From assembly GCA_964598205.1 (NCBI GenBank), contig CAZRBB010000005.1, positions 5,721 through 69,720 of the forward strand: a stretch of DNA of 64,000 nucleotides. The letters are read 5' to 3'. How positions within the stretch are numbered: the stretch's first letter is position 1; each line of letters opens with the position of its first letter. A program made the position numbers and the translations under genes. The stretch comes from an uncultured Candidatus Saccharibacteria bacterium (GTDB taxonomy: Bacteria; Patescibacteriota; Minisyncoccia; CAIUEV01; JAHKAQ01). Positions 18,719-28,378 of this stretch are shown here, piece after piece. The notes below the pieces were generated by a model that made no database searches, had not been told where the DNA came from, and was given only the letters and a program-made list of their open reading frames with translations.

Positions 18719-18949
18719 CATTCTTTCCCGAACTAATGTTCTTAGAGGAGGCTCCTTGTTCCCGCTAACAGAAAGAGATTAGAGGAATAACTGTTTCAAA
18801 CAGAAACAACTCAATTCTGTTTGAAACAGTTATTCCTCTAATCTCTAAAACCTTAAGCTTTTTAGGCAGAGTAAAACAGGAACAAGGTGGAGCGAGGCCC
18901 GGTCGAGGACGAGCGTACTCCGAGAAGGACATTGGTTCGGGAAAGAATG
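18719..18949 (+). mobile_element. MITE-like structured palindromic element, copy 2 (inverted relative to copy 1)
   Basis: Colinear with the reverse complement of 12110-12333; perfect 32-bp stem 18774-18805/18815-18846; terminal stem 18719-18733/18935-18949. Confidence 0.7.
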
Positions 18950-19039
18950 CTTAATTCAAAAAATTCCTTAATTAATACGCTTAAGCTTTTTCAAAATTAA
19001 TCATTTGAATTTTAATCAAAATTAGTAATTCAAAATTTA

Positions 19040-20098
19040 ATGAAGGTCCTTTCCCTAGAAACTTCCTGCGACGAAACTTCTTTTGCCTTAGGAGAAATCA
19101 ATAAAAGAAGCGGGCAATTGCTCACCTCTACCACTTTGTCGCAAACCGAAACCCATCGCCCTTTTGGCGGTGTTGTTCCCAATCTTACCGCCAGAGAACA
19201 TCTTAAAAATTTTAAACCACTACTCAACAAAACTCTTAAAAAAGCTGGAATTGAACTTTCCCAGATTGATCTTTTTTCCGTCGCTGCCGGACCAGGGCTA
19301 ATTCCAGCACTCTTAGTTGGGGTAAGTATTGCCAAGGCTTTTTCTTTTTTCTACCAAAAACCACTCTTAGGGTTAAACCACTTAGAAGCCCATCTTTATT
19401 CCGGTTGTTTAGAAAAATCAGGCCGAATTAATCCGGAACTAAAATTTCCCGCTATTGCTCTAATTGTTTCCGGTGGCCACACTCAACTTGTTCTTTTGAC
19501 CGATTTTTTTAATTATCAAATATTAGGAGAAACCATTGACGATGCCTGTGGCGAAGCCTTTGACAAAGCCGCCAGAATTTTAAAGCTAGGTTACCCAGGT
19601 GGCGCAGCAGTCGCCATAGCCGCCGAAAAAGGAGACCCTCATCGCTTTAACTTTCCCCGACCCATGATTCAAAACCCCAATCTTAATTTTAGTTTTTCTG
19701 GCTTAAAAACCGCCCTTCTGTATCAAGCCCAAAAGGAATTTTCTCTGAAAAAACACAATCCCCAAACTGTTTACGATCTGGCAGCTTCTTTTTCCGCCGC
19801 CGCCCTAGAAGTTTTGATTAAAAAAACCGAACGCGCTAGTCAAAAATTCAAACCAAAAACCTTAATCTTAGGAGGAGGCGTTTCTGCTAATAAAAACCTA
19901 AGAAAAGACTTTCAAGAATTGGGGAGCAAACTTGGTTGTAACCTAAAAATCCCCCTTCTTTCGTTTGCCCAAGACAATGCCGCCATGCAATTGCCACTTG
20001 TCTTCTTTCTAAATCAAAAAGATAAAATCAAAAAACTAGAAACAGACTTTTCAAAGATAGAAGCGAAAGCTAATATGGAGTTGGTTAGCTTAGTCTAA
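19040..20098 (+). CDS. tsaD: tRNA N6-adenosine threonylcarbamoyltransferase TsaD
   Basis: ETSCDET, GGVVP, NHLEAH, VSGGHT, GEAFDK, DNAAM. Confidence 0.97.
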   Translation: MKVLSLETSCDETSFALGEINKRSGQLLTSTTLSQTETHRPFGGVVPNLTAREHLKNFKPLLNKTLKKAGIELSQIDLFSVAAGPGLIPALLVGVSIAKAFSFFYQKPLLGLNHLEAHLYSGCLEKSGRINPELKFPAIALIVSGGHTQLVLLTDFFNYQILGETIDDACGEAFDKAARILKLGYPGGAAVAIAAEKGDPHRFNFPRPMIQNPNLNFSFSGLKTALLYQAQKEFSLKKHNPQTVYDLAASFSAAALEVLIKKTERASQKFKPKTLILGGGVSANKNLRKDFQELGSKLGCNLKIPLLSFAQDNAAMQLPLVFFLNQKDKIKKLETDFSKIEAKANMELVSLV

Positions 20099-20110
20099 GT
20101 TTAAAGAATT

Positions 20111-20794
20111 ATGAAAAGATTTGTTATTTTGGATTGGGACGACACTCTAATGGACACCCATTCCTTTAAAGCCGAGCTTAATAAAATCTTAGCTAGTCTA
20201 AACATCTCTCCTAAAAAAGTAGAGCAGTTAGTTAATCAAAAATTTATAAAAGAACGACTCCCCTCTTTTATTTATTCTCCAGAATTTGTTGGAAACACCC
20301 TCCTAAAAGCCGGTCTTGTTGATTCAGAAAAAAAACGCCTGCTATTAGGAAAAATAAACACTAGTCTAAAAGAATCTTTTAGATTCCTGCCAGAATCTTC
20401 TATTAAATTTATTTTAGAATTAAAAAATGAGTTTAAAATAGAACCAATTATCCTTTCTTTTGGAGATCAAAAATTTCAGGAAAATAAAATTAAAAATAGT
20501 AAGCTTTTAGAAAAGATAGGACCACTAGAAACCCATATTATCCAAGAAAATAAAGCCAACTATCTTGCCAAAAAAATTATTCCCCAAAAAGGTAATCAAA
20601 AAATTCTTTATTTTATCAACGACAAAAAAGCAGAAAATAAAGAGGTGGAAGAAAAAACCAATATTAAGACAATTTTAAAACTTCCCTTTTACAAAGAAGG
20701 AAAAACTAAAAAACTAAAAACAGCAACGAGATTAGAAGGCCAGGGATATACTTGGAAAGAAATTTTAGCTAAACTTAAACAATCTCTTTCTTAA
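20111..20794 (+). CDS. HAD-like hydrolase (divergent)
   Basis: N-terminal DWDDTL motif I; FINDK resembles motif IV. Confidence 0.6.
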   Translation: MKRFVILDWDDTLMDTHSFKAELNKILASLNISPKKVEQLVNQKFIKERLPSFIYSPEFVGNTLLKAGLVDSEKKRLLLGKINTSLKESFRFLPESSIKFILELKNEFKIEPIILSFGDQKFQENKIKNSKLLEKIGPLETHIIQENKANYLAKKIIPQKGNQKILYFINDKKAENKEVEEKTNIKTILKLPFYKEGKTKKLKTATRLEGQGYTWKEILAKLKQSLS

Positions 20795-20810
20795 ACCATT
20801 AATTATTTTT

Positions 20811-22637
20811 ATGTGTGGCATTATTGGTTATGTCGGAAAAAAACCAGCAACACCCCTTTTAATTGCCGGCCTTCGGCGCTTGGAATATCGTGGCTACGAT
20901 TCAGCAGGAATTGCACTTCTTTCGCAAGGAAAAATCACTCGCATTCGCTCTGTGGGTAATATCCAAAAATTAGAAGAAAAGATTGGAAAAAAAATCCTCA
21001 CAGGCACCACTGGCATTGCTCATACCCGCTGGGCTACCCATGGAGGAGTTACTCAGGCCAATGCTCATCCTCATTTTGGTCCTAAAGAACACATTGCCTT
21101 AGTGCATAATGGCATTATAGAAAACTATCAAGAATTAAAAGCCAAATATCTTAAAGATCATCAGCTCTCTTCTGAAACCGACACTGAAGTCTTGGCTCAC
21201 TTGATCGAGCTTTTTTGTGAAAAATTACCACTTAAAAAAGCAGTAGAAAAAACTCTAAAAAAAGTTCGCGGCACTTATGGTCTAGTAGTTTTTTCCAAAG
21301 ATGAACCAAATAAGATTATTACTGCCCGCCGTGGTAGCCCGATTGCTATTGGCGTTGGCGATGATGAATATTTTGTAGCTTCAGACGCCTCGCCGATTCT
21401 CCCTTATACCAGGAAAATAATTTACCTAGACGACGGCGAAATGGCAGAGATTACTCCTCAAAGTTGCGATCTGTTTAAAATTGGAGTCGGCTCTATTACT
21501 AAAGAAGCCGAACAAATAGAATGGAACACCGAAGAAACCCAGAAAGGTGGTTTCCCTACTTTTATGTTAAAAGAAATTTTTGAACAACCGGCCGTCTTTT
21601 TAGATGCTATTCGTGGCCGGATTAGAGACAAAGAAGCCTCTGCTAGAATGGGAGGTTTTAACATGACAGACGAACAATCAAGAAAAATAAAAAAAATTGT
21701 TCTTATTTCTTGTGGCACTGCTAATTACGCCGCCATGATTGGTAAATACTTAATAGAAAAAATTGCTCATATTCCCACAGAAGTTGAGATTGGTTCTGAA
21801 TTCCGTTATCGCAATCCAATAATCAACAAAAGCACTTTAGTTTTTGCTATTTCTCAATCCGGAGAAACTCTAGACACCTTAGCCTCCCTTAAAGAAGCAA
21901 AACGAAAAGGCGCCCAGGTCCGAGGAATTGTCAATGTAGTCGGCTCTACCATTGCTAGAGAGGCAGGAGCCGGAACTTACATTCATGCCGGACCAGAAAT
22001 GGCAGTCGCTTCTACTAAGGCCTTTGTTAATATGATCGCCATCCTTGTTCTTTACGCCCTTTACTTTGGTCGCCTTAAAAAAACCTCCTTCGAAACCGGC
22101 GAACATATTCTAAAAGCCCTAAAAGAAATCCCAGAAAAAATGAACCGCATCCTTGCTCAGGCAGAAACTATTAAAAAAATAGCTAAAAAATATAAGCGGT
22201 TTGGAAATTTTCTTTTCTTGGGACGAGGCTTAAATTATCCCATTGCCCTAGAAGGCTCTCATAAATTAAAAGAAATTTCCTACATTCATTCTGAAGCTTA
22301 CCCTGCCGGAGAAATGAAGCACGGCGTTAATGCTCTTCTTTCTAAAGACTTTCCGGTTCTTGGCATTGCCACACAAAACGGCCTCTACGAAAAAATGATT
22401 TCCAATTTAGAAGAAGTTCGTGCCCGTCGCTCTCCTCTAATTGCTTTGGCTTCCGAAGGCGATCAAGAGATTGGAAAAATTGCCAACGATGTAATTTTTG
22501 TTCCCAAGACATTAGAAATCTTAGAACCTCTTTTAAACACCGTCCCCTTACAACTTTTCGCCTATTACCTAGCCACTGAATTAAAAAGAGATGTTGACCG
22601 TCCGCGCAACTTGGCCAAAAGCGTTACCGTGGAATAA
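20811..22637 (+). CDS. glmS: Glutamine--fructose-6-phosphate aminotransferase
   Basis: MCGI, EYRGYDSAG, HTRWATHG, PRNLAKSVTVE. Confidence 0.98.
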   Translation: MCGIIGYVGKKPATPLLIAGLRRLEYRGYDSAGIALLSQGKITRIRSVGNIQKLEEKIGKKILTGTTGIAHTRWATHGGVTQANAHPHFGPKEHIALVHNGIIENYQELKAKYLKDHQLSSETDTEVLAHLIELFCEKLPLKKAVEKTLKKVRGTYGLVVFSKDEPNKIITARRGSPIAIGVGDDEYFVASDASPILPYTRKIIYLDDGEMAEITPQSCDLFKIGVGSITKEAEQIEWNTEETQKGGFPTFMLKEIFEQPAVFLDAIRGRIRDKEASARMGGFNMTDEQSRKIKKIVLISCGTANYAAMIGKYLIEKIAHIPTEVEIGSEFRYRNPIINKSTLVFAISQSGETLDTLASLKEAKRKGAQVRGIVNVVGSTIAREAGAGTYIHAGPEMAVASTKAFVNMIAILVLYALYFGRLKKTSFETGEHILKALKEIPEKMNRILAQAETIKKIAKKYKRFGNFLFLGRGLNYPIALEGSHKLKEISYIHSEAYPAGEMKHGVNALLSKDFPVLGIATQNGLYEKMISNLEEVRARRSPLIALASEGDQEIGKIANDVIFVPKTLEILEPLLNTVPLQLFAYYLATELKRDVDRPRNLAKSVTVE

Positions 22638-22643
22638 ATTACA

Positions 22644-22795
22644 AATTTTGATTTCCGAATTTCGATTAAAATTAGAAAATCAAAATTCAAAACAATTTAT
22701 AAATTATAATTTCAAGCTTTAGTCAAAATTCAAAACAATTTATAAATTATAATTTCAAGCTTTAATCAAAATTCAAAATTCGTAATTCAAAATTA
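22644..22795. repeat. Heptamer-repeat intergenic element containing a 43-bp tandem duplication
   Basis: 22680-22722 repeated at 22723-22765 (42/43 identical), partial third unit, plus TTCAAAA heptamers. Confidence 0.85.
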
Positions 22796-22810
22796 AGGTT
22801 AAGCCCCCTT

Positions 22811-23830
22811 ATGAACAACAATCCCAATCAAAAATCTACCCCCAAAAACCTAGTATTAATCGGCGGTACCGGCGCCGCAGTGATTGGTAAAGTCGCCAAA
22901 AAAAATCCTAATTGGCTCGTTTCTCTTTTGGTTTCTTTGGTAGACGATGGCGGTTCTACTGGTCGCCTGTCTAAAACCCTAAACATCCCTCCGGTTGGCG
23001 ATATCCGTAAAGCCTTAGCTGCCCTTTCTACTTGGTCCCCCAAAGCCATTACCCATTTTGAAGCTCGCTTTCTAGACGGAGAATTGAAGTGCCACCCCTG
23101 GGGTAATCTATTTCTGGCAGGACTCCTGCTCCAAAACAAAGATATCAATCAAACATTAAAAAAAGCCCAAAAAATTCTAAAAACCAAAGGCCAAGTAATC
23201 ACCACCACCAAAGAACCGACCAAGCTCAATACTCGTTTTAAAAACGGAAAAGTAATTAAAGGAGAAAATAATTTAGATGAAAATAAAATCACCAGTTTTG
23301 GGCCACCGGTAGAATATTTCTTAACTACCCCCACACCCAAAGCCAACCCCAAAGCAACTCAAGCACTTAAAAAAGCCGACTGGATTGTCTTGGGGCCGGG
23401 AGATTTAGGAGCCAACACCATTGCCCCTATTCTAACCCCAGGCATTGCTAGTGCCATTCGCCAATCAAAAGCCAAAATAGTTTACATAGCTAATCTAATG
23501 ACAAAACTCGGAGAGACCGATCAATTAACCCTGTCCGACTGCTTGCGCCTAATAGAAAAAACCCTCCAAAGAAAAATTGATTACCTTCTTTTGAACCAAG
23601 CCCCTCTTCCCCAAAAAGCGCTCTCTCGCTACCATAAACAAGGAGAAGTTCCTTTTCCTTTAGATTTTTCTCTGCTTAAAAAAGAAAGCTATCAAGTTTT
23701 TTTGGCCGATCTTCTAAATCCCCAACCGCAAGAAAAATCCACCGCCGACAAGCTGCGTCGTAGTTTATTAAGGCATTCTGGAGAAAAAACTGTTCGCCTT
23801 CTAGATAAAATAATTAAAGAATTAAAATAA
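22811..23830 (+). CDS. YvcK/GlmR (CofD-like) family protein
   Basis: GGTG, DDGGSTGRL, PPVGDIR, HPWGNL, LGPG, NLMTKLGET. Confidence 0.88.
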   Translation: MNNNPNQKSTPKNLVLIGGTGAAVIGKVAKKNPNWLVSLLVSLVDDGGSTGRLSKTLNIPPVGDIRKALAALSTWSPKAITHFEARFLDGELKCHPWGNLFLAGLLLQNKDINQTLKKAQKILKTKGQVITTTKEPTKLNTRFKNGKVIKGENNLDENKITSFGPPVEYFLTTPTPKANPKATQALKKADWIVLGPGDLGANTIAPILTPGIASAIRQSKAKIVYIANLMTKLGETDQLTLSDCLRLIEKTLQRKIDYLLLNQAPLPQKALSRYHKQGEVPFPLDFSLLKKESYQVFLADLLNPQPQEKSTADKLRRSLLRHSGEKTVRLLDKIIKELK

Positions 23831-23838
23831 TAAACCCC

Positions 23839-24510
23839 ATGGAAAAAATTAATTTCGCTGACTTTTTTGGGGAAATTCCCCAGGAACTAAAACCACTTCT
23901 AGAAGAATCAAAAAATATCTGGGACATTTTTAAAAACCTGAATTCTTTTTTGGAATCTTTAGTCAAAGAGCAAAACGATACCGATAACCCCTCTTATTTT
24001 GGAAAAATCGGTGACGCCTATTTAGCAGAAAATGTTTTTATTGGCGAAGGAACTGTTGTTGAACACGGCGCCATGATCAAGGGTCCAACCTTTATTGGTC
24101 AAAATTGTCAAGTAAGGAGCGGCGCTTATATCCGCGGCGGCGTTTTTACCGGAGACAATGTGATTCTTGGCCACGCCACCGAAATTAAAAATTCTATTTT
24201 ACTTGAAGGCACCAATGCTGGCCATTTCAACTACTTGGGAGACAGCTTTTTAGGGAAAGAGGTCAATTTAGGTGCTGGCACAATTTTGGCCAACCTCCGC
24301 TTTGACAAGCAACCAATTGTTGTGGGAGATTTTAACACTGGCCTAAAAAAGCTTGGTGCCATCTTAGGAGATTATTCTCAAACAGGCTGCAACACCGTTC
24401 TTAACCCAGGAACTTTCTTTAAACCCAATACTTTTTATAGTGGCATGACCCTAAAAGGAGGAATCTATGACAAGGAAGCTATTAAAGAGATTATTCGGGC
24501 AAATAAATAA
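23839..24510 (+). CDS. Hexapeptide-repeat acyltransferase resembling the GlmU C-terminal domain
   Basis: HFNYLGDS..G..VNLGAGTILAN, KLGAILGD; no N-terminal nucleotidyltransferase domain. Confidence 0.8.
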   Translation: MEKINFADFFGEIPQELKPLLEESKNIWDIFKNLNSFLESLVKEQNDTDNPSYFGKIGDAYLAENVFIGEGTVVEHGAMIKGPTFIGQNCQVRSGAYIRGGVFTGDNVILGHATEIKNSILLEGTNAGHFNYLGDSFLGKEVNLGAGTILANLRFDKQPIVVGDFNTGLKKLGAILGDYSQTGCNTVLNPGTFFKPNTFYSGMTLKGGIYDKEAIKEIIRANK

Positions 24511-24556
24511 TCGTCACTTATCCTAGAATTATTTTTCGTTTAATAATTAGAATTCC

Positions 24557-27223
24557 ATGGAACCTCGTTTTAATTTTCAAAAAGAAGAACCAAAAATTTA
24601 CTCTCACTGGGAAAAATCCGGCGCCTTTTCTCCAAAAAAAAACAAAAACCAAAACCGTTTTTCAATTGTTATGCCACCACCTAATGTTACCGGAACGCTC
24701 CACGCTGGCCATGGGCTTTTTCTGGCACTTCAAGACTTAATGACCCGTTACGCCAGACTTTTAGGTAAAGAGACTCTCTATCTCCCAGGCACCGACCACG
24801 CCGCCATTGCTACTCACGCCAAAGTAGAAAAAGAACTGTTTAAAAAATCCGGCCAAACTAGGCACGATTTGGGCCGAGAAAAATTCCTAAAAGAAATAGA
24901 AAAATTCGTTGAAGAATCCAAAAGCACCATTCATTCCCAAATCAGAAAAATGGGTACTTCTTGCGACTGGGACAAGGAAGCTTACACCATGGATGCTATC
25001 CGCAATAAGACCGTCCGGCTGATGTTTGTAAAAATGTACCACGACGGCCTAATTTACCAAGGAGAAAGAATTGTTAACTGGTGCCCCCGCTGCCACTCTA
25101 CCCTAGCAGACGACGAAGTGGAGCATCGCGAAGAAAAAGGAAAACTTTATTGGATTAAATACGGTCCATTTATCCTAGCTACCAGTCGACCAGAAACCAA
25201 GCTAGGCGACACCGCGGTAGCTGTTCACCCCAAAGACAAGCGCTATTCCAAGCTCGTTGATAAGGAGTTCATGATTAAAGGCGTTCTAGGAGAATTTAAA
25301 ATAAAAGTGGTCGCCGACTTAGCCGTAGATCCCCAATTCGGATCGGGTGCCATTAAAGTTACCCCTTCCCACAGTTTTACAGACAACGAAATTGCTCAAA
25401 GACATAACCTCCCCTACCGGCAAATTATCAATGAAGACGGGCGCATGATGCCTAACTGTGGTAAATACCAAGGACTCACCACCAAGGAAGCCAGAGAAGC
25501 AATTGTTCATGATATGGAAAAAATAGGAATCATGGATCACATTGAAGAAAATTATCTACATAATTTATCCGTTTGTTACCGTTGTGGCGAAACCATTGAA
25601 CCGATTCCTTCCAAACAATGGTTTGTGGCCGTTAGTAAAAAAAGTTCAGCAGTCGGCACCAAGAACAAACCTCTTTCCTTAAAAGAAAAAGCCCTAAAAG
25701 TTGTTAAAAACGGAGAAATCAAAATCGTCCCTGATCGTTTTAATAAAATCTATTTTCACTGGATCAAGAATTTGCATGACTGGTGCATTTCTAGACAAAT
25801 CTGGTTCGGTCACCGCATTCCCGCTTGGTACTGCCAAAAAGAACACGGTGGTTGTGGAGAAATAATCGTCGATTCCAAAACTCCCACCCATTGCCCAAAA
25901 TGCCAAAACACTAAGCTGATTCAAGACCCAGACACACTAGACACTTGGTTTTCTTCTGGTGCTTGGTCTTTCTCTACTTTTTACCAAAAAGAAAAAGAAG
26001 TAAAGCTTACCCCCAATGGACTTTTTGCTTCTACTCCACTTCTTTCCCGCTTCCACCCAACTTCAATTCTAGAAACCGGTTACGACATTCTACCTCTTTG
26101 GGTTTCTCGAATGATCCTAATGACCACCTATGCCAGAAACGAAGTCCCCTTTAAAACCGTTTACTTCCACGGCTTAGTCAAAGACAAGCTTGGCAGAAAA
26201 ATGAGTAAGTCCTTAGGTAATGGTGTTGACCCGGTAGAAATGATCCAAAAGTACGGCGCCGACGCCGTTCGCTTAGCCTTGGTCTTAAATAACGCTCCCG
26301 GAAACGACTTAAAAATTTACGAAGAAAAAATCAACGGCTATTCCAAATTCATTACCAAAATTTGGAACATTAGCCGCTTTATTTTAAAACAGGAGCCAAC
26401 CTTTGTTTCCAAAAAATTGATTCTAAAAACGCCCATCGACCATTATCTATTTTCTCGCTTCTCTGAACTAAAAAAATCCGTTAAAAAAGATTTAGACTCC
26501 TTTTGCTTTGCTTCTGCCGGCGAAAAATTAAAAGATTTTACCAAAAACGAATTTGCCGATTGGTACCTAGAAGCTTCCAAAGTAGAACCAGAAAAAAAGG
26601 AACTGTTAGGAGTAATTCTAAAAGAACTTTTAGTCCTTTGGCATCCCTTTATTCCTTTTGTTACCGAAGCTATTTGGAGTGAACTTCCTAGCGCTAAAAG
26701 AAGAGGCTTCTTGATGGCTGGCAATTTCCCTAAAGCTGACTCCCTTCCTATTGGCCAATCTAAAACAGCTCAAAGATTTAAAAAAGTAATGGAAATTACT
26801 CAAAAAATAAGAAGTTTAAGAAACTTACTCAACCTTTTGGAAAAAGAAAAACCAGCTTTATTTTTAAAATGTTCAGATAAAGAATTAAAGAAAGTTATTC
26901 TAATCACTGAACCACTTTTGCAAAAGCTCGCCGGCATTGATCAGTTCATCACCAAGAAAAAAGAAAAAGAAGAAGGTTTGCCGTTAACTTTTGGAAAAGG
27001 AACTATCACCATTTATCCTTCTAATAGCGCCGATTGGAAAGAACCATTAAGGCGCCTTAAAGAAGAAGCTCAACAATTAAAAAACCGCATCAACGGTCAA
27101 AAAAAGAAATTAAAAAACCAAGCCTTTTTAGAAAAAGCCCCAGCCATAATTGTTCAAAAAGAAAAAGACAAATTACTTTTTTGGGAAGAAAAATCAAAAG
27201 AGATTAGTGCTTTTTTAGGATAA
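24557..27223 (+). CDS. valS: Valine--tRNA ligase
   Basis: PPPNVTGTLHAGH, DWCISRQIWFGH, KMSKS, C-terminal coiled-coil arm. Confidence 0.97.
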   Translation: MEPRFNFQKEEPKIYSHWEKSGAFSPKKNKNQNRFSIVMPPPNVTGTLHAGHGLFLALQDLMTRYARLLGKETLYLPGTDHAAIATHAKVEKELFKKSGQTRHDLGREKFLKEIEKFVEESKSTIHSQIRKMGTSCDWDKEAYTMDAIRNKTVRLMFVKMYHDGLIYQGERIVNWCPRCHSTLADDEVEHREEKGKLYWIKYGPFILATSRPETKLGDTAVAVHPKDKRYSKLVDKEFMIKGVLGEFKIKVVADLAVDPQFGSGAIKVTPSHSFTDNEIAQRHNLPYRQIINEDGRMMPNCGKYQGLTTKEAREAIVHDMEKIGIMDHIEENYLHNLSVCYRCGETIEPIPSKQWFVAVSKKSSAVGTKNKPLSLKEKALKVVKNGEIKIVPDRFNKIYFHWIKNLHDWCISRQIWFGHRIPAWYCQKEHGGCGEIIVDSKTPTHCPKCQNTKLIQDPDTLDTWFSSGAWSFSTFYQKEKEVKLTPNGLFASTPLLSRFHPTSILETGYDILPLWVSRMILMTTYARNEVPFKTVYFHGLVKDKLGRKMSKSLGNGVDPVEMIQKYGADAVRLALVLNNAPGNDLKIYEEKINGYSKFITKIWNISRFILKQEPTFVSKKLILKTPIDHYLFSRFSELKKSVKKDLDSFCFASAGEKLKDFTKNEFADWYLEASKVEPEKKELLGVILKELLVLWHPFIPFVTEAIWSELPSAKRRGFLMAGNFPKADSLPIGQSKTAQRFKKVMEITQKIRSLRNLLNLLEKEKPALFLKCSDKELKKVILITEPLLQKLAGIDQFITKKKEKEEGLPLTFGKGTITIYPSNSADWKEPLRRLKEEAQQLKNRINGQKKKLKNQAFLEKAPAIIVQKEKDKLLFWEEKSKEISAFLG

Positions 27224-27252
27224 ATAGAAAAAATAAATAGACTTCTACATAG

Positions 27253-27302
27253 AAAAAGAGGATTAGGCGTACAATTAAGTAAATACGCCATAATCCTCTT
27301 TT
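27253..27302. terminator. Probable bidirectional terminator between valS and the convergent gene
   Basis: AAAAAGAGGATTAGGCGTA...TACGCCATAATCCTCTTTT inverted repeat with A/T tracts at both ends. Confidence 0.7.
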
Positions 27303-27334
27303 AGCCGAACAAAAAACGGAAGATCAGATAAAGA

Positions 27335-27619
27335 TCAGATTGCGAAAAACTTATTCCGTTCTTCGTCCGGAACCTTTGTTCCGCAGATAGCACAAAAGTT
27401 GGCTAGCTGCGTAATTTTATGCCCATTCGGGCATTGCACACTTACATCTAATATTTGCTGCTTCCCGCACTCAGGGCAAAAATTTGCCTCGGGATCCCAA
27501 GTGGCATGCCGGCGGGATTCGAAATCGTTCTTATTTTCTCTTCGGATAATAAATATCCAAAGAAACACCCCCACCAAAAAAGTCATAATCACAAAAAACA
27601 TTAAGATGTAATCGAACAT
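27335..27619 (-). CDS. Membrane-anchored double zinc-ribbon protein
   Basis: N-terminal TM; NFCPECG, CPNGH, NFCAICG; ATG at 27619 preceded by GGAGG. Confidence 0.75.
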   Translation of the reverse strand: MFDYILMFFVIMTFLVGVFLWIFIIRRENKNDFESRRHATWDPEANFCPECGKQQILDVSVQCPNGHKITQLANFCAICGTKVPDEERNKFFAI

Positions 27620-27744
27620 ATACTTTCCTCCCTTAAAAAAATTAATGTGCATTTTTCCGCTCTCCTGCCAGAAGACTTTTCTTCTGCCGAGCCATCCTTT
27701 ATGCCATAAAAAACAGCAAATGTAAACAAAATTAAAATAAAGAC

Positions 27745-27773
27745 TTGATTGTTAAAAATCATTTTTATATAAT
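27745..27773 (+). promoter_or_regulatory. Sigma70-type promoter for hsp20
   Basis: TTGATT-17nt-TATAAT. Confidence 0.6.
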
Positions 27774-27813
27774 GGGAGAAAGCCGAAAATAATTAGTAGC
27801 TTATTTTTTCCTC

Positions 27814-28368
27814 ATGGCCAAAACAAAACGCTCTTTCCTTCAGCGACTAATCGGTAAAGAAAGCGCCGAAGAAACTCAAGAAGTTAATTACCAAAACTTA
27901 GAAGAAAGCCAATCTTTTGAACCCCAGCCACTCCAAGAAAACATGGAAGTTCCCATAAACCAAGAAGCTGCTAGTTATCCGGCCATGGCTCAAGAGGAGG
28001 CTCCAGAACAAGGTCACAATTCCTGGGTTGCCGATCAAGAAGGCCAATTAACAATCGATGTTTACCAAACAGAAACCGAAATTGTAATTAAATCAACCAT
28101 TGCCGGAGTTAAACCAGAAGACCTAGATGTCCAAATCAATAACGACATGGTCACTATTAAGGGAGAAAGAAGGCAAGAAGAATTAGTTTCCGAAGAGAAT
28201 TATTATTATCAGGAATGTTATTGGGGATCTTTTTCCCGATCTATAATTTTACCGGTAGATATTCAAGCCAATAAAGCCGAAGCCGCCATGAAGAATGGCA
28301 TCCTAACCATTCGTCTACCAAAAACGGATTCTGCTCAATCCCGTAAAATTCAAGTAAGAGGATTTTAA
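27814..28368 (+). CDS. Hsp20/alpha-crystallin small heat-shock protein
   Basis: IDVYQT..AGVKPEDL..GSFSRSIILP..A.MKNGILTIRLPK. Confidence 0.93.
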   Translation: MAKTKRSFLQRLIGKESAEETQEVNYQNLEESQSFEPQPLQENMEVPINQEAASYPAMAQEEAPEQGHNSWVADQEGQLTIDVYQTETEIVIKSTIAGVKPEDLDVQINNDMVTIKGERRQEELVSEENYYYQECYWGSFSRSIILPVDIQANKAEAAMKNGILTIRLPKTDSAQSRKIQVRGF

Positions 28369-28378
28369 GGTCGCTAAA

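Noticed and set aside
12110-18949. Invertible segment or composite transposon bounded by the two inverted element copies
   Set aside because: The copies are diverged, no recombinase or transposase is present, the cargo is housekeeping, and copy 1 has its own flanking duplication
18970-18984. 15-bp match (TTAAGCGTATTAATT on the minus strand) to the candidate ECF -10 region at 45136-45150
   Set aside because: No TTGCAA at the expected upstream spacing, so it is not called a promoter; it may be chance in AT-rich DNA
22680-22778. Possible CRISPR array
   Set aside because: The units are contiguous duplicates with no unique spacers, and no cas genes are present
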